Source: Nitrosopumilus maritimus SCM1 | GTDB taxonomy: Archaea > Thermoproteota > Nitrososphaeria > Nitrososphaerales > Nitrosopumilaceae | NCBI RefSeq assembly: GCF_000018465.1 | Contig: NC_010085.1 | Coordinates: 90,001 to 122,000 of the forward strand | DNA length: 32,000 bases | Reading direction: 5' to 3' | In this document: one piece after another, positions 10,775 to 19,494 of the stretch | How the letters are laid out: every line of letters begins with the position of its first letter | Numbering within the stretch: the first letter of the stretch is position 1 | Program-made: the position numbers and the translations under genes | The notes under the pieces: model-generated | What the model was told of the DNA's origin: nothing | The model's input: the letters and a program-made list of their open reading frames with translations, nothing else | Databases searched by the model: none

Positions 10775-10835
10775 GCAGGTGGTGATGAACCTATCCCTTT
10801 GAAATGATGATGAGGATCTTGAGTTCTGAGCCTGC
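10775..10835 (+). ncRNA. C/D box sRNA candidate (rRNA/tRNA 2'-O-methylation guide)
   Basis: Terminal stem GCAGG (10775-10779)/CCTGC (10831-10835); C box GTGATGA (10782-10788); D'-like TTGA (10799-10802); C' box TGATGA (10805-10810 or 10808-10813); D box CTGA (10826-10829). Inter-box spacers are about 10-12 nt. Confidence 0.8.
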
Positions 10836-10870
10836 CTATGATTTTAATTGATGATTACTTTAGAAAAATT

Positions 10871-11290
10871 ATGAATTCGTTTACTGAATATCTAACATTT
10901 AATGTTGAAGCTCGTAGAGGATTTGTTAATATCACTCCTGATATTAGAAAATTAGTTACTAAAAGCAAAGTCAAAGAAGGTTTGTGTCTTGTAAATGCGA
11001 TGCATATTACTGCTAGTGTCTTTATCAATGATAATGAGGGTGGATTACTTCATGACTATGAAAAATGGTTAGAAGAATTAGCACCGCATGCTCCAGTTGA
11101 TCAATACAGACATAATGATACTGGTGAAGACAATGCAGATGCTCATCTAAAAAGACAAGTAATGGGAAGAGAAGTAGTTATTGCAATAACTAATAGTGAA
11201 TTAGATTTTGGTCCATGGGAACAAATTTTCTATGGGGAGTTTGATGGAAAGCGACCAAAAAGAGTTTTAGTAAAAATAATTGGAGAATAA
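10871..11290 (+). CDS. YjbQ family protein (secondary thiamine-phosphate synthase enzyme)
   Basis: [29 protein letters not shown]...[24 protein letters not shown]; [25 protein letters not shown] track start 10838 appears upstream-extended. Confidence 0.9.
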   Translation: MNSFTEYLTFNVEARRGFVNITPDIRKLVTKSKVKEGLCLVNAMHITASVFINDNEGGLLHDYEKWLEELAPHAPVDQYRHNDTGEDNADAHLKRQVMGREVVIAITNSELDFGPWEQIFYGEFDGKRPKRVLVKIIGE

Positions 11291-11294
11291 CATT

Positions 11295-11459
11295 CTATCC
11301 AAAATCTGCATCACGTTTCTGACTCTGTGATTCATTTTTTCTTGCAGCAGCTCTAAACTCTTCATCGTGATTTTGAGGACCATGTCCACATTTCACACAT
11401 GCAATTTTGAATCCATTATCGTCTTTTTCATACGTTTCACATCCGCAAAAACATGCCAT
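11295..11459 (-). CDS. Small Cys-rich (zinc-ribbon-like) protein, 54 aa
   Basis: Manual translation: MACFCGCETYEKDDNGFKIACVKCGHGPQNHDEEFRAAARKNESQSQKRDADFG*. CxC/CxxC arrangement; below the ORF track size cutoff. Confidence 0.7.
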   Translation of the reverse strand: MACFCGCETYEKDDNGFKIACVKCGHGPQNHDEEFRAAARKNESQSQKRDADFG

Positions 11460-11498
11460 GTTTAATCTAATTTCTAAGATGATATATCTTTTGGGATA

Positions 11499-11951
11499 CT
11501 ATGAAGCTGATTTACAACATTCACCCATTGGAATCTCTTTACCATGTGGCGATGTTCTAGGGTGTTTTAACATTGTACAAAGTGCATCAGTAAACTGTTT
11601 ATTCATATGATGTTCAATACCACATACCATCTCTTCATCAATATCTACTTTGAGTGCACTATCCATTAGTACTTCCAAAAGTCTACTGTTTCTCATCATG
11701 CTAGAACCAATTGTTTGACCTTCATCTGTGAGTCTTACTCCTGCTTTGTTGTAAGTGACTAAATTCTTAGCATTTAATTTTTTTAGCATCTGAACTACAC
11801 TTGGTTGTCTAACGTTGAGCATTTTTGCAATAGTGCTAATTTTGACTTCTTCTCCTCTTTCTTTAAGAAGCCAAATCGCTTTGAGATACATCTCAACATG
11901 TTCAGCTTCAGCGGTTCCAACAAACAGAGTCTCTTCATCTAGTACGTCCAT
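11499..11951 (-). CDS. DtxR/MntR family metal-dependent transcriptional regulator
   Basis: 150 aa; AEHVEMYLKAIWLLKERGEEVKISTIAKMLNVRQPSVVQMLKKLNAKNLV, VCGIEHHMNKQFTDALC, HGKEIP. Confidence 0.9.
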   Translation of the reverse strand: MDVLDEETLFVGTAEAEHVEMYLKAIWLLKERGEEVKISTIAKMLNVRQPSVVQMLKKLNAKNLVTYNKAGVRLTDEGQTIGSSMMRNSRLLEVLMDSALKVDIDEEMVCGIEHHMNKQFTDALCTMLKHPRTSPHGKEIPMGECCKSAS

Positions 11952-11952
11952 G

Positions 11953-12720
11953 TTATACCTTCTTTGAATCTTTTAATAAATATTCAAAATATTGACGTGC
12001 AAATCCTGCTAATCCTGCATGATCTGCCCAAATTGCAACCACATCTGAAGAATTTTCAGCAGCAACTGCTGGACCTAACAATATTACAACGTATTTTTTA
12101 TCAGAAATTATTCCTCCTCCAAACAAACCTTTCTTGATTTTTACCGTTGCGACTCGTTTTATTGCTTTAATGGATTCTTTATCCATCTTGTCTGATGTAA
12201 GAATTGTAATTTCTACTCCCTTGTCATGTAGTGATCTTAGTTTTGGTAATGCTTGTCTAACTAATTCTTCTCCAGCTTCAGGTAATGCAATCATTACTTC
12301 ATTTCTACAAGTTTCAACCATTTCTAGAATCTTTGCTGCAATGTTTATTGCACCTGATAATACCCAAATGTCTGGTTTTTCACTAGTTCCACTTTTTTCA
12401 TACAATGGAACTAGTTCATTTAGAATAACACTTTGATTCTCTGAAAAATCATTTTCCATTTTTTGTTTTGTTGTTTCTAATCCTGTTGATGGTGACTTTG
12501 CAAAATATTTAGTTGGTCTTGAATCATCTGTTCCAATCCATCCTTTTTCTTCTAGAGTTCCTAGAACTTCATAAATTTTTGAGTATGGAACTCCTGATTT
12601 TTGACTGAGCTCTGATGCTGTTAATTCTCCTGATTTTAGTAATGCTGAAAATGTTCTAATCTCATAACTTGTAAGACCAATTTTTTCTAATGCTTTTCTT
12701 GTCTTATCTGATATGCTCAT
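11953..12720 (-). CDS. TrmB family transcriptional regulator
   Basis: 255 aa; N-terminal wHTH KIGLTSYEIRTFSALLKSGELTASELSQKSGVPYSKIYEVLGTLEEKGWI with TrmB-type C-terminal region. Confidence 0.88.
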   Translation of the reverse strand: MSISDKTRKALEKIGLTSYEIRTFSALLKSGELTASELSQKSGVPYSKIYEVLGTLEEKGWIGTDDSRPTKYFAKSPSTGLETTKQKMENDFSENQSVILNELVPLYEKSGTSEKPDIWVLSGAINIAAKILEMVETCRNEVMIALPEAGEELVRQALPKLRSLHDKGVEITILTSDKMDKESIKAIKRVATVKIKKGLFGGGIISDKKYVVILLGPAVAAENSSDVVAIWADHAGLAGFARQYFEYLLKDSKKV

Positions 12721-12821
12721 GCGATCTAGTCGATCAGTTTTGATATTTAAATCACATATGCCTGCTTCCTAAATTCCACCCGAGGCCAAGTATGAAATGC
12801 ATTATATACCATTTCTGAAAA

Positions 12822-14501
12822 ATGCCCATAGTAGGCATGGCTCTAATTCAGATATCTAATCAAACTACAAAGAATTTAGGTAAAAAATCCACTATTAGAT
12901 TCACTCAAAGTATCTGTCCTGATTGTAACATGATTTTGGATGCAGAAGTTTTTGAGAGGGATAACAAAGTCTTCATGTCTAAAGTTTGTCCAACTCATGG
13001 TGAATGTGAGGAATTATACTTTGGTTCTTACGAATTATACAAGAAATTCAGTACTTACTGGATGGATGGTAAAGGTGCTCATGCTCCAAACGTAATGATT
13101 GACAAATGTTCTTGTCCAAATAATTGTGGATTATGTTCAAACCACCTATCTCACAGTGGACTTGCAAACATGATTGTAACTAACAGATGTGACTTGACAT
13201 GTTGGTATTGTTTCTTCTATGTAAAGAAAGGTCTAGAAGGTGCTTACATGTACGAACCAGATCATACTCAAATTAGAGGTATGATGAAAACTCTAAGAGC
13301 AGAAAGACCAATTCCAGGAAACTCTATGCAAATTACTGGTGGTGAACCAATGCTTAGAGAAGATATTGCTGATGTTATCAAAATTATGAAAGAAGAAGGT
13401 GTTGACCATATTCAGATGAACACTAACGGCATTAGACATGCAATGGATCCAGAAGCAGCACGTGAAGTAAGACTAGCTGGATGTAACAATTTGTATCTTT
13501 CATTTGATGGTGTAACTGCAAGAACAAACCCAAAGAATCACTGGGAAATTCCATATGCACTTGATAGTTGCAGAAAAACAGGAACAACTGTTGTATTTGT
13601 TCCAACAGTAATCAAATCAATTAATGATCATGAATTAGGTGGAATTATTAGATATGCTCAAAAGAACATGGATGTAGTTCATGCTGTTAACTTCCAACCA
13701 GTATCTCTAACTGGTAGAATGGGTAAAAGTGAACGTGAAAAATACAGAATTACAGTTCCTGATTGTATTCAAAGAATTGAAGAGCAAACAAATGGTGAAG
13801 TAACTATTGATGATTGGTTCCCAGTACCAAGTTGTATGCCATTAACAAATGTAATTGAAGCATTCTCAAGCAAACCAAAATACGAATTATCAATTCACTT
13901 TGCTTGTGGTGCAGGAACATACATCTTTGAAGATGAAGATACAAAGAAATTTGTTCCATTAACAAAATTCTGTGATATTCAAGGAATGTTAGAATTATTT
14001 GAAGATAAAGCCGAAGAAATTCGTTCTGGTAAAAACAAGTACTTTACAATGCTTGAAGTTGTAAGAAAACTCAAAGGATTTGTTGATTCAAAGAAACAAC
14101 CAGCAGGATTAGACTTGGCAAAAATGTTTGGTAACATCTTGATGAAGAGATCATTTGATTCAGTTGGTTCTTGGCATGTTAAAGGATTATTCCTTGGTAT
14201 GATGCACTTCCAAGACAAATACAATGAAGATCTAGAAAGACTACAAAGATGTGATATCCATTATGTTACTCCTGATCTTAGAATCGTTCCATTCTGTGCA
14301 TTTAATGTAATTCCTGAATGGTACAGAGACAGAATCCAAAAGAAATACTCTATCACTGTAGAAGAATGGGAAGAGAGAGAAGGTGTTAAACTCGAAGACG
14401 GTCTTTATAGAGGTCTTATGAGACGTGGTGCAGGTGATGAACTTGCAGCAGGATGTGCAAAAAGTGAAATGTTCCACCAAGCAGCACAAGCAACAATGTA
14501 A
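12822..14501 (+). CDS. Radical SAM protein resembling tetraether lipid synthase (Tes / MJ0619-like)
   Basis: 559 aa; CPDC near N-terminus, CSCPNNCGLCSNHLSHSGLANMIVTNRCDLTCWYCFFY (CxxxCxxC radical SAM motif), QITGGEPMLREDI. ATG at 12837 is an alternative start. Confidence 0.75.
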   Translation: MPIVGMALIQISNQTTKNLGKKSTIRFTQSICPDCNMILDAEVFERDNKVFMSKVCPTHGECEELYFGSYELYKKFSTYWMDGKGAHAPNVMIDKCSCPNNCGLCSNHLSHSGLANMIVTNRCDLTCWYCFFYVKKGLEGAYMYEPDHTQIRGMMKTLRAERPIPGNSMQITGGEPMLREDIADVIKIMKEEGVDHIQMNTNGIRHAMDPEAAREVRLAGCNNLYLSFDGVTARTNPKNHWEIPYALDSCRKTGTTVVFVPTVIKSINDHELGGIIRYAQKNMDVVHAVNFQPVSLTGRMGKSEREKYRITVPDCIQRIEEQTNGEVTIDDWFPVPSCMPLTNVIEAFSSKPKYELSIHFACGAGTYIFEDEDTKKFVPLTKFCDIQGMLELFEDKAEEIRSGKNKYFTMLEVVRKLKGFVDSKKQPAGLDLAKMFGNILMKRSFDSVGSWHVKGLFLGMMHFQDKYNEDLERLQRCDIHYVTPDLRIVPFCAFNVIPEWYRDRIQKKYSITVEEWEEREGVKLEDGLYRGLMRRGAGDELAAGCAKSEMFHQAAQATM

Positions 14502-14552
14502 AAGGAATTTTTAATCCAAGACCTTAATAGATTCTAACTTAATTTTTGAACA

Positions 14553-15578
14553 ATGAAAATTCTGATCATTTCTCCGACTCAAGAAGGAATTGGTGGTGTT
14601 GCTAGACATGTACAAGGTCTTACAAAATTTTTAAAAAATGATGGGCATGAAGTAGATGTAATCTCTTCTGAAAATACATTCACAATTCCTATACGAAAAT
14701 TAAAAAATCCTAGCTTCATGCTATCTTCTTTTTTAAAAACAAAATTTTCAAAAAAATATGATGTAGTACATGCTCAAAATGTTGTATCTGCGTTTGCAAT
14801 GAAAAATGTTTTGGGAAAAAAATTATTGGCAATACACGGAATTCATCATGAACAAGTAGATCATTTACATGGAAAAACTGCTGGAAATGTAGCAAAGGAT
14901 TATGAAGATAAAGCGTTAAACTGGGTTGACGCAATAACGGTTTCTTCAAAAGAAATGCTTGATTATTACTCTCAAAAAGGATTGAACACGTTTTTTCTCC
15001 CAAATGCATTGGATATACAATCAATTACCAAAAAATCTAATCGAAAATTTGACAAACAAATTGTTTATGCTGCTAGATTATCAAAAGAAAAAGGTATTCT
15101 TGAAGTATTGGATGTTGCAGAAAAATTACCACAAGACATTCATCTTTTAATTTTAGGATCAGGGGTAGAAGAGAATAAAGTAAAAGAATTATCAGAACTA
15201 CAAAAAAATATTCATTTTTTAGGATATCAAAATAGAGAAAACACTCTATCTATAATTCGTGGTTCTGATTTGTTAATACAACCATCTAGAATGGAAGGTG
15301 GACTAAGTTATACTTTGTTGGAATCTATGGCATGTGGAACTCCAATTATATGTACTGATGTTGGTGGTGCTAAAGATACTTTATCTCATATGAAAAATGC
15401 ATTTATTATCAAACCTGAAAATTCAACAGAATTAAAAAATGCTATTAATCAATTAATGAACAACTCAAAACAAAGAGAGGAACTAAAGAACAATGCTTTG
15501 GATGAAATCAAAAATCATGATTGGTCCGTTGTAGGGCCAAAATATGTAGAAATTTATCAAAAATTACTTTCATCATAA
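14553..15578 (+). CDS. Glycosyltransferase family 4 protein
   Basis: 341 aa; N-terminal GGVARHVQGLTKFL, C-terminal LLIQPSRMEGGLSYTLLESMACGTPIICTDVGGAKD. Confidence 0.92.
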   Translation: MKILIISPTQEGIGGVARHVQGLTKFLKNDGHEVDVISSENTFTIPIRKLKNPSFMLSSFLKTKFSKKYDVVHAQNVVSAFAMKNVLGKKLLAIHGIHHEQVDHLHGKTAGNVAKDYEDKALNWVDAITVSSKEMLDYYSQKGLNTFFLPNALDIQSITKKSNRKFDKQIVYAARLSKEKGILEVLDVAEKLPQDIHLLILGSGVEENKVKELSELQKNIHFLGYQNRENTLSIIRGSDLLIQPSRMEGGLSYTLLESMACGTPIICTDVGGAKDTLSHMKNAFIIKPENSTELKNAINQLMNNSKQREELKNNALDEIKNHDWSVVGPKYVEIYQKLLSS

Positions 15579-15629
15579 AAACTAAAAAAGAACAATAGTT
15601 ATTAATTCAAAATATTTTAAAAAAATCAC

Positions 15630-16637
15630 TTGCAATCAATTTTAAATAAAAAAAATATTCTTGTTACTGGTGGAACCGGTTCTATAGGACAAGCTTTGGT
15701 TCAAAGAGCTATATCTGATGGCGCAAAACATATCAAAGTTTTCAGTAATGATGAAAATGCCCTTTATGAAATGGAATTAGATTTTTCTAAACATAAAAAC
15801 ATCGAATACATAATTGGCGATATTAGAGATTTTGATAAAATCAATTCAATCGTAAAAAATTGTGATATTATTTTCCATGCCGCTGCACTCAAACATGTAG
15901 ATAGATGTGAATTATATCCATTAGAAACAATGACCGTAAACATAATTGGAACAAATAATGTTGCAAAAGCTGCAGTCAATGCGAATGTATCAAAAGTTAT
16001 TTCTATTAGTACTGATAAAGCTGTAAATCCTATAGGTGTGATGGGTGCAACAAAACTTCTTGCAGAAAAATTAATTGCCGCTGAAGCATATCATTCAAAA
16101 TCAAAGACAGTTTTTTCCTCTGTACGATTTGGAAATGTATTTCATACTAGAGGTTCAATATTACCTAAGATAGAAAAACAAATTCAAAATGGTGGTCCTT
16201 TAACATTAACTGATGAAAGAATGAAACGATTTTTTATGACTAAAGAAGATGCAGTTGATTTAATTTTAAACGCAGCTTATACTGCTAAAGGTGGAGAAAC
16301 TTTTATTCTCAAAATGCCTATGCTGAATTTAAAAGATCTTTTTGAAGCAATGAAAATTGTAATTGGTCCAAAACATGGGTATTCATCAACAAAAATAAAA
16401 ACAAAAATTACTGGAATTAGACCTGGTGAAAAATTAACCGAATATCTATTAACAAATTTTGAAATGGAACATTGTTTAGAAACAAAGAATTTTTTTATAA
16501 TTCCTAAAATGTTTGAATCTTTAGATCCCAAAAAATATCCTGGTTCAAAAAAACCAAAGAACACAACAAAGTATTTCGAAACTGTTAAACCAATTTCACA
16601 AGAACAGATTGTCAAACTTTTAAAAAAAATTTATTAA
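15630..16637 (+). CDS. Soluble nucleotide-sugar 4,6-dehydratase (CapD/FlaA1/PseB-like SDR)
   Basis: 335 aa; LVTGGTGSIGQALV, HAAALKHVDRCELYPLE, STDKAVNPIGVMGATKLLAEKL, SSVRFGNVFHTRGSILP. Confidence 0.9.
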   Translation: MQSILNKKNILVTGGTGSIGQALVQRAISDGAKHIKVFSNDENALYEMELDFSKHKNIEYIIGDIRDFDKINSIVKNCDIIFHAAALKHVDRCELYPLETMTVNIIGTNNVAKAAVNANVSKVISISTDKAVNPIGVMGATKLLAEKLIAAEAYHSKSKTVFSSVRFGNVFHTRGSILPKIEKQIQNGGPLTLTDERMKRFFMTKEDAVDLILNAAYTAKGGETFILKMPMLNLKDLFEAMKIVIGPKHGYSSTKIKTKITGIRPGEKLTEYLLTNFEMEHCLETKNFFIIPKMFESLDPKKYPGSKKPKNTTKYFETVKPISQEQIVKLLKKIY

Positions 16638-16638
16638 T

Positions 16639-18219
16639 TCATTTACCTTCTTCAAAATTTTCAAAATCTATTTTAAATATTTTTAGATGGTATGAAAAAT
16701 TTTCTTCTTTTGAATCAAATTCTTTGATCAAAAACGAGTAATTTTCTTCATTAGCATGTATGTCATCAAAAATCGCTAAATCATTTTTATCATCAACTAT
16801 AATATGACTAATATTTGTCTCTCTAAAAAATACCATATATTCTTCTAGTGAATTTTTTTCATTAACCAAAACAGTATTGACATTATGATCTAAAGTCGAT
16901 CTGATTGACTTTCCTTTATACCGTTTTTCAAAAATTTCTGTAAATTCATTCCATTTTTCTGGTAAAGTTGTAACTTCAATATATTTTTCTTCGGGTAAAA
17001 ATGAATTAATTATTTTTTTATCCATCGAAATAATTTTTGCAATTTTTAAAACTTCAATTTCGTGTTCATTGTTAATTTTTTCATATAAGTAATAGTTTGA
17101 AGCAATAGTAATTCCAATTATAATGCAAATTATTATTATATTTTCATTTTTCATTTTTATAGAAAATTTTTCAATCGCCAAAAGTGAAACTATACAGAAT
17201 ATTGGAAATAAAAAATAGAAATATCTTCCATCCAGTAATGGGATAGAATATGCATAAAATGTAGGTAGTGACATTGTTATTGCAGATACAATTAGAAATT
17301 TTTTCTCAAAATTTCTGTTTTTTAATAGAAAATAAATTCCAAATGGAACAAAAAAACCAAAAATCGGTATCATATTCCAAACAAAAAATTTTGAATAATT
17401 TTCTATTCCTGTATGAATAAATGGAAATCCTGAATTAACATTTGATTCTGGAACAATATCTGTGTGTTTCAGAAAACTATTACCGGCCCTCATGAAAATT
17501 CCATCTTCGCCTTTTACATCATATTTGTAATAACTCATTGGCAAAACTACTAGAAGAAATAATGCTAATGCAATTGTATATTTTGGGAAAACAAATTTTT
17601 CATTTTTATATTTAATGATAAACATTATTGATAATCCCAACATTAGAAACAATCCTTCTGATCTTACTATAGTTGAAAAACCTGCAATTAGAAAAGCTAA
17701 ATAATTTAATTTTTTATTATTTGAAATAAAAAAACAAAAAGAAATCACAATTAAAAATATGTATAAAGAATCTGAAATCCCAAATAATGAATTTTGAATT
17801 AAATGTGGTTCTATAGCAAAGATAAATGCTCCCAGAATACTATGTTTTATACTTACATATTTTCTTGCAAAAATGTAAATGGGAAAAATAGTTAATGAAG
17901 AAATACTTATTGAAATGATTTTTTGCAAATTCATATAATTTATAATATTTTCAAATTGAAAAAACCAAAAAATTCCTGATAGTAACATTGCCCATCCGTT
18001 ATTTGCAATTGTGTAGTCATTGGGAATTTTTCCTGTTATGAGAATATCAGATGCATAAAAAAAATATTCTAGTGAATCTAATGTTAATGGAACTTCAAAA
18101 TTTACATAGGCTAATCTAATAATTATTGCAGAGAAAAATATTCCAAATAACGCTAAGAAAATCTTAGGTTTTAGAATATCACTGTTAAAATATTTATTTA
18201 TACTTGATTTTTCTTGCAA
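16639..18219 (-). CDS. Polytopic membrane protein, GT39/GT-C-like glycosyltransferase
   Basis: 526 aa; N-terminal TM then PLTLDSLEYFFYASDILITG, many hydrophobic segments, soluble C-terminal tail. Confidence 0.7.
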   Translation of the reverse strand: MQEKSSINKYFNSDILKPKIFLALFGIFFSAIIIRLAYVNFEVPLTLDSLEYFFYASDILITGKIPNDYTIANNGWAMLLSGIFWFFQFENIINYMNLQKIISISISSLTIFPIYIFARKYVSIKHSILGAFIFAIEPHLIQNSLFGISDSLYIFLIVISFCFFISNNKKLNYLAFLIAGFSTIVRSEGLFLMLGLSIMFIIKYKNEKFVFPKYTIALALFLLVVLPMSYYKYDVKGEDGIFMRAGNSFLKHTDIVPESNVNSGFPFIHTGIENYSKFFVWNMIPIFGFFVPFGIYFLLKNRNFEKKFLIVSAITMSLPTFYAYSIPLLDGRYFYFLFPIFCIVSLLAIEKFSIKMKNENIIIICIIIGITIASNYYLYEKINNEHEIEVLKIAKIISMDKKIINSFLPEEKYIEVTTLPEKWNEFTEIFEKRYKGKSIRSTLDHNVNTVLVNEKNSLEEYMVFFRETNISHIIVDDKNDLAIFDDIHANEENYSFLIKEFDSKEENFSYHLKIFKIDFENFEEGK

Positions 18220-18317
18220 CTTTATTGTTTGTTTTCTACTCGTTAAATATGATTTTGTAAATATCCCTTTAGTATAAGCATGAGAAAATTGAAATTTTTC
18301 ACTTTGAAATGATGATC

Positions 18318-19481
18318 TTATGCATTACTTGTTTTTTTTAAGAAATACTTACTTGAAACATATAGGAAAATAGCTTGACCAGCTTCTGCTAAAACTAATG
18401 CCCACGCAACTCCATTAAGCGAATACAATTCCCCTAAGATCAAAATTCCTGAAACTTGTATTGTAAGATATATTGCAACACCTATAACAATAAACCTAGT
18501 TGATAAAATTCCTAACAATTTTGCATTTGTGATAGCTGTTATTGTTCTCGGAATTACTACTAAACTCATTATGGGAATTATTTCTGCAGCACTCTCAAAT
18601 TTTGGAAAGAAATGTGGCAGAATTATTGGACCTAGGAAGATTCCTAAAACTGCAAACAAAACAGCTACGATAACTGCTAATTTCTTTAAAATCACATGAG
18701 AATGACCTGTGGATTCTTGGGGTAAGATATACTGCATCATACTCATAGGTAATATACTCAAAAGTGAAAGAAATTGAATTCCTAAATGATAATTTCCTAA
18801 TAATGCAAATCCTAGTATGGGTGCAATTATAATTTTGTCAATTTGTCCAGTAAATGCCCTACTAATTACTAACCCATAATTATTTGAAATAAAACTCCAT
18901 TGAGGCTTTAATGACGAAAAAGAGAATTTTCCTTTTAACATTTTAAAAATTCTGTAACCTGGAACAAAATGTGATATTGCGTATCCAAGAATTACTCCGT
19001 CAATTCCCAAATTGGGGTAAAGTAGAATACTTGCTAAAACCATTGTAGCTTTCTGAACAATAAATAAAATTGAATATGTTCTGTAAAGTTTATTGCCTAA
19101 AATTTCTCCAATACTAACTCCGTAGATTAGGTAACTGATAGCATACATACTTATTGATAAATTACTAAAAAGAAGATATAGTACAAACATTATTGTAACT
19201 CCAATCAGAAGAATAATTGTTACAAGTGTTGATAGGATGTTGATTTTTTTTGCTGTAAGAACTGTTATTGTATGACTACCACCTACAAATGATAAAACAG
19301 ATGCAAGCCCTGCTATTGATATTAAATAAGATAATTCACCATATTCTGTAGTTGTTAACAAACTTGCTAAATAAAACCAAAATAATGCACTAATTGCATT
19401 TCCAGAAATATTGGCAAAACCAATTGATGTTAAATCTTTAATTCCTTTGATGTTTTTAATTTTATCCTTTAATGAAACCAT
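18318..19481 (-). CDS. Polysaccharide flippase/Wzx-like membrane protein
   Basis: 387 aa, about 12 hydrophobic segments, ASLLTTTEYGELSYLISIAGLASVLSFVG typical of the polysaccharide biosynthesis/Wzx family. Confidence 0.85.
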   Translation of the reverse strand: MVSLKDKIKNIKGIKDLTSIGFANISGNAISALFWFYLASLLTTTEYGELSYLISIAGLASVLSFVGGSHTITVLTAKKINILSTLVTIILLIGVTIMFVLYLLFSNLSISMYAISYLIYGVSIGEILGNKLYRTYSILFIVQKATMVLASILLYPNLGIDGVILGYAISHFVPGYRIFKMLKGKFSFSSLKPQWSFISNNYGLVISRAFTGQIDKIIIAPILGFALLGNYHLGIQFLSLLSILPMSMMQYILPQESTGHSHVILKKLAVIVAVLFAVLGIFLGPIILPHFFPKFESAAEIIPIMSLVVIPRTITAITNAKLLGILSTRFIVIGVAIYLTIQVSGILILGELYSLNGVAWALVLAEAGQAIFLYVSSKYFLKKTSNA

Positions 19482-19494
19482 TGCTATTATTCAC

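Noticed and set aside
11407-11610. ORF 11407..11610 (+), 67 aa
   Set aside because: Antisense to both the 54-aa Cys-rich protein and the DtxR regulator; no recognisable features.
12721-12745. GATCTAGTCGATC near the TrmB start as an operator
   Set aside because: Only the short self-palindromic GATC units recur; the whole is not a convincing inverted repeat.
13979-14489. ORFs antisense to the radical SAM gene (13979..14224, 14241..14489)
   Set aside because: Fully inside the well-supported Tes-like gene on the opposite strand.
18220-18317. TGATGA (C-box-like) in the intergenic region near 18.3 kb
   Set aside because: No D box, D'/C' pair or terminal stem at suitable spacing; unlike the 10.8-kb candidate it is probably chance.
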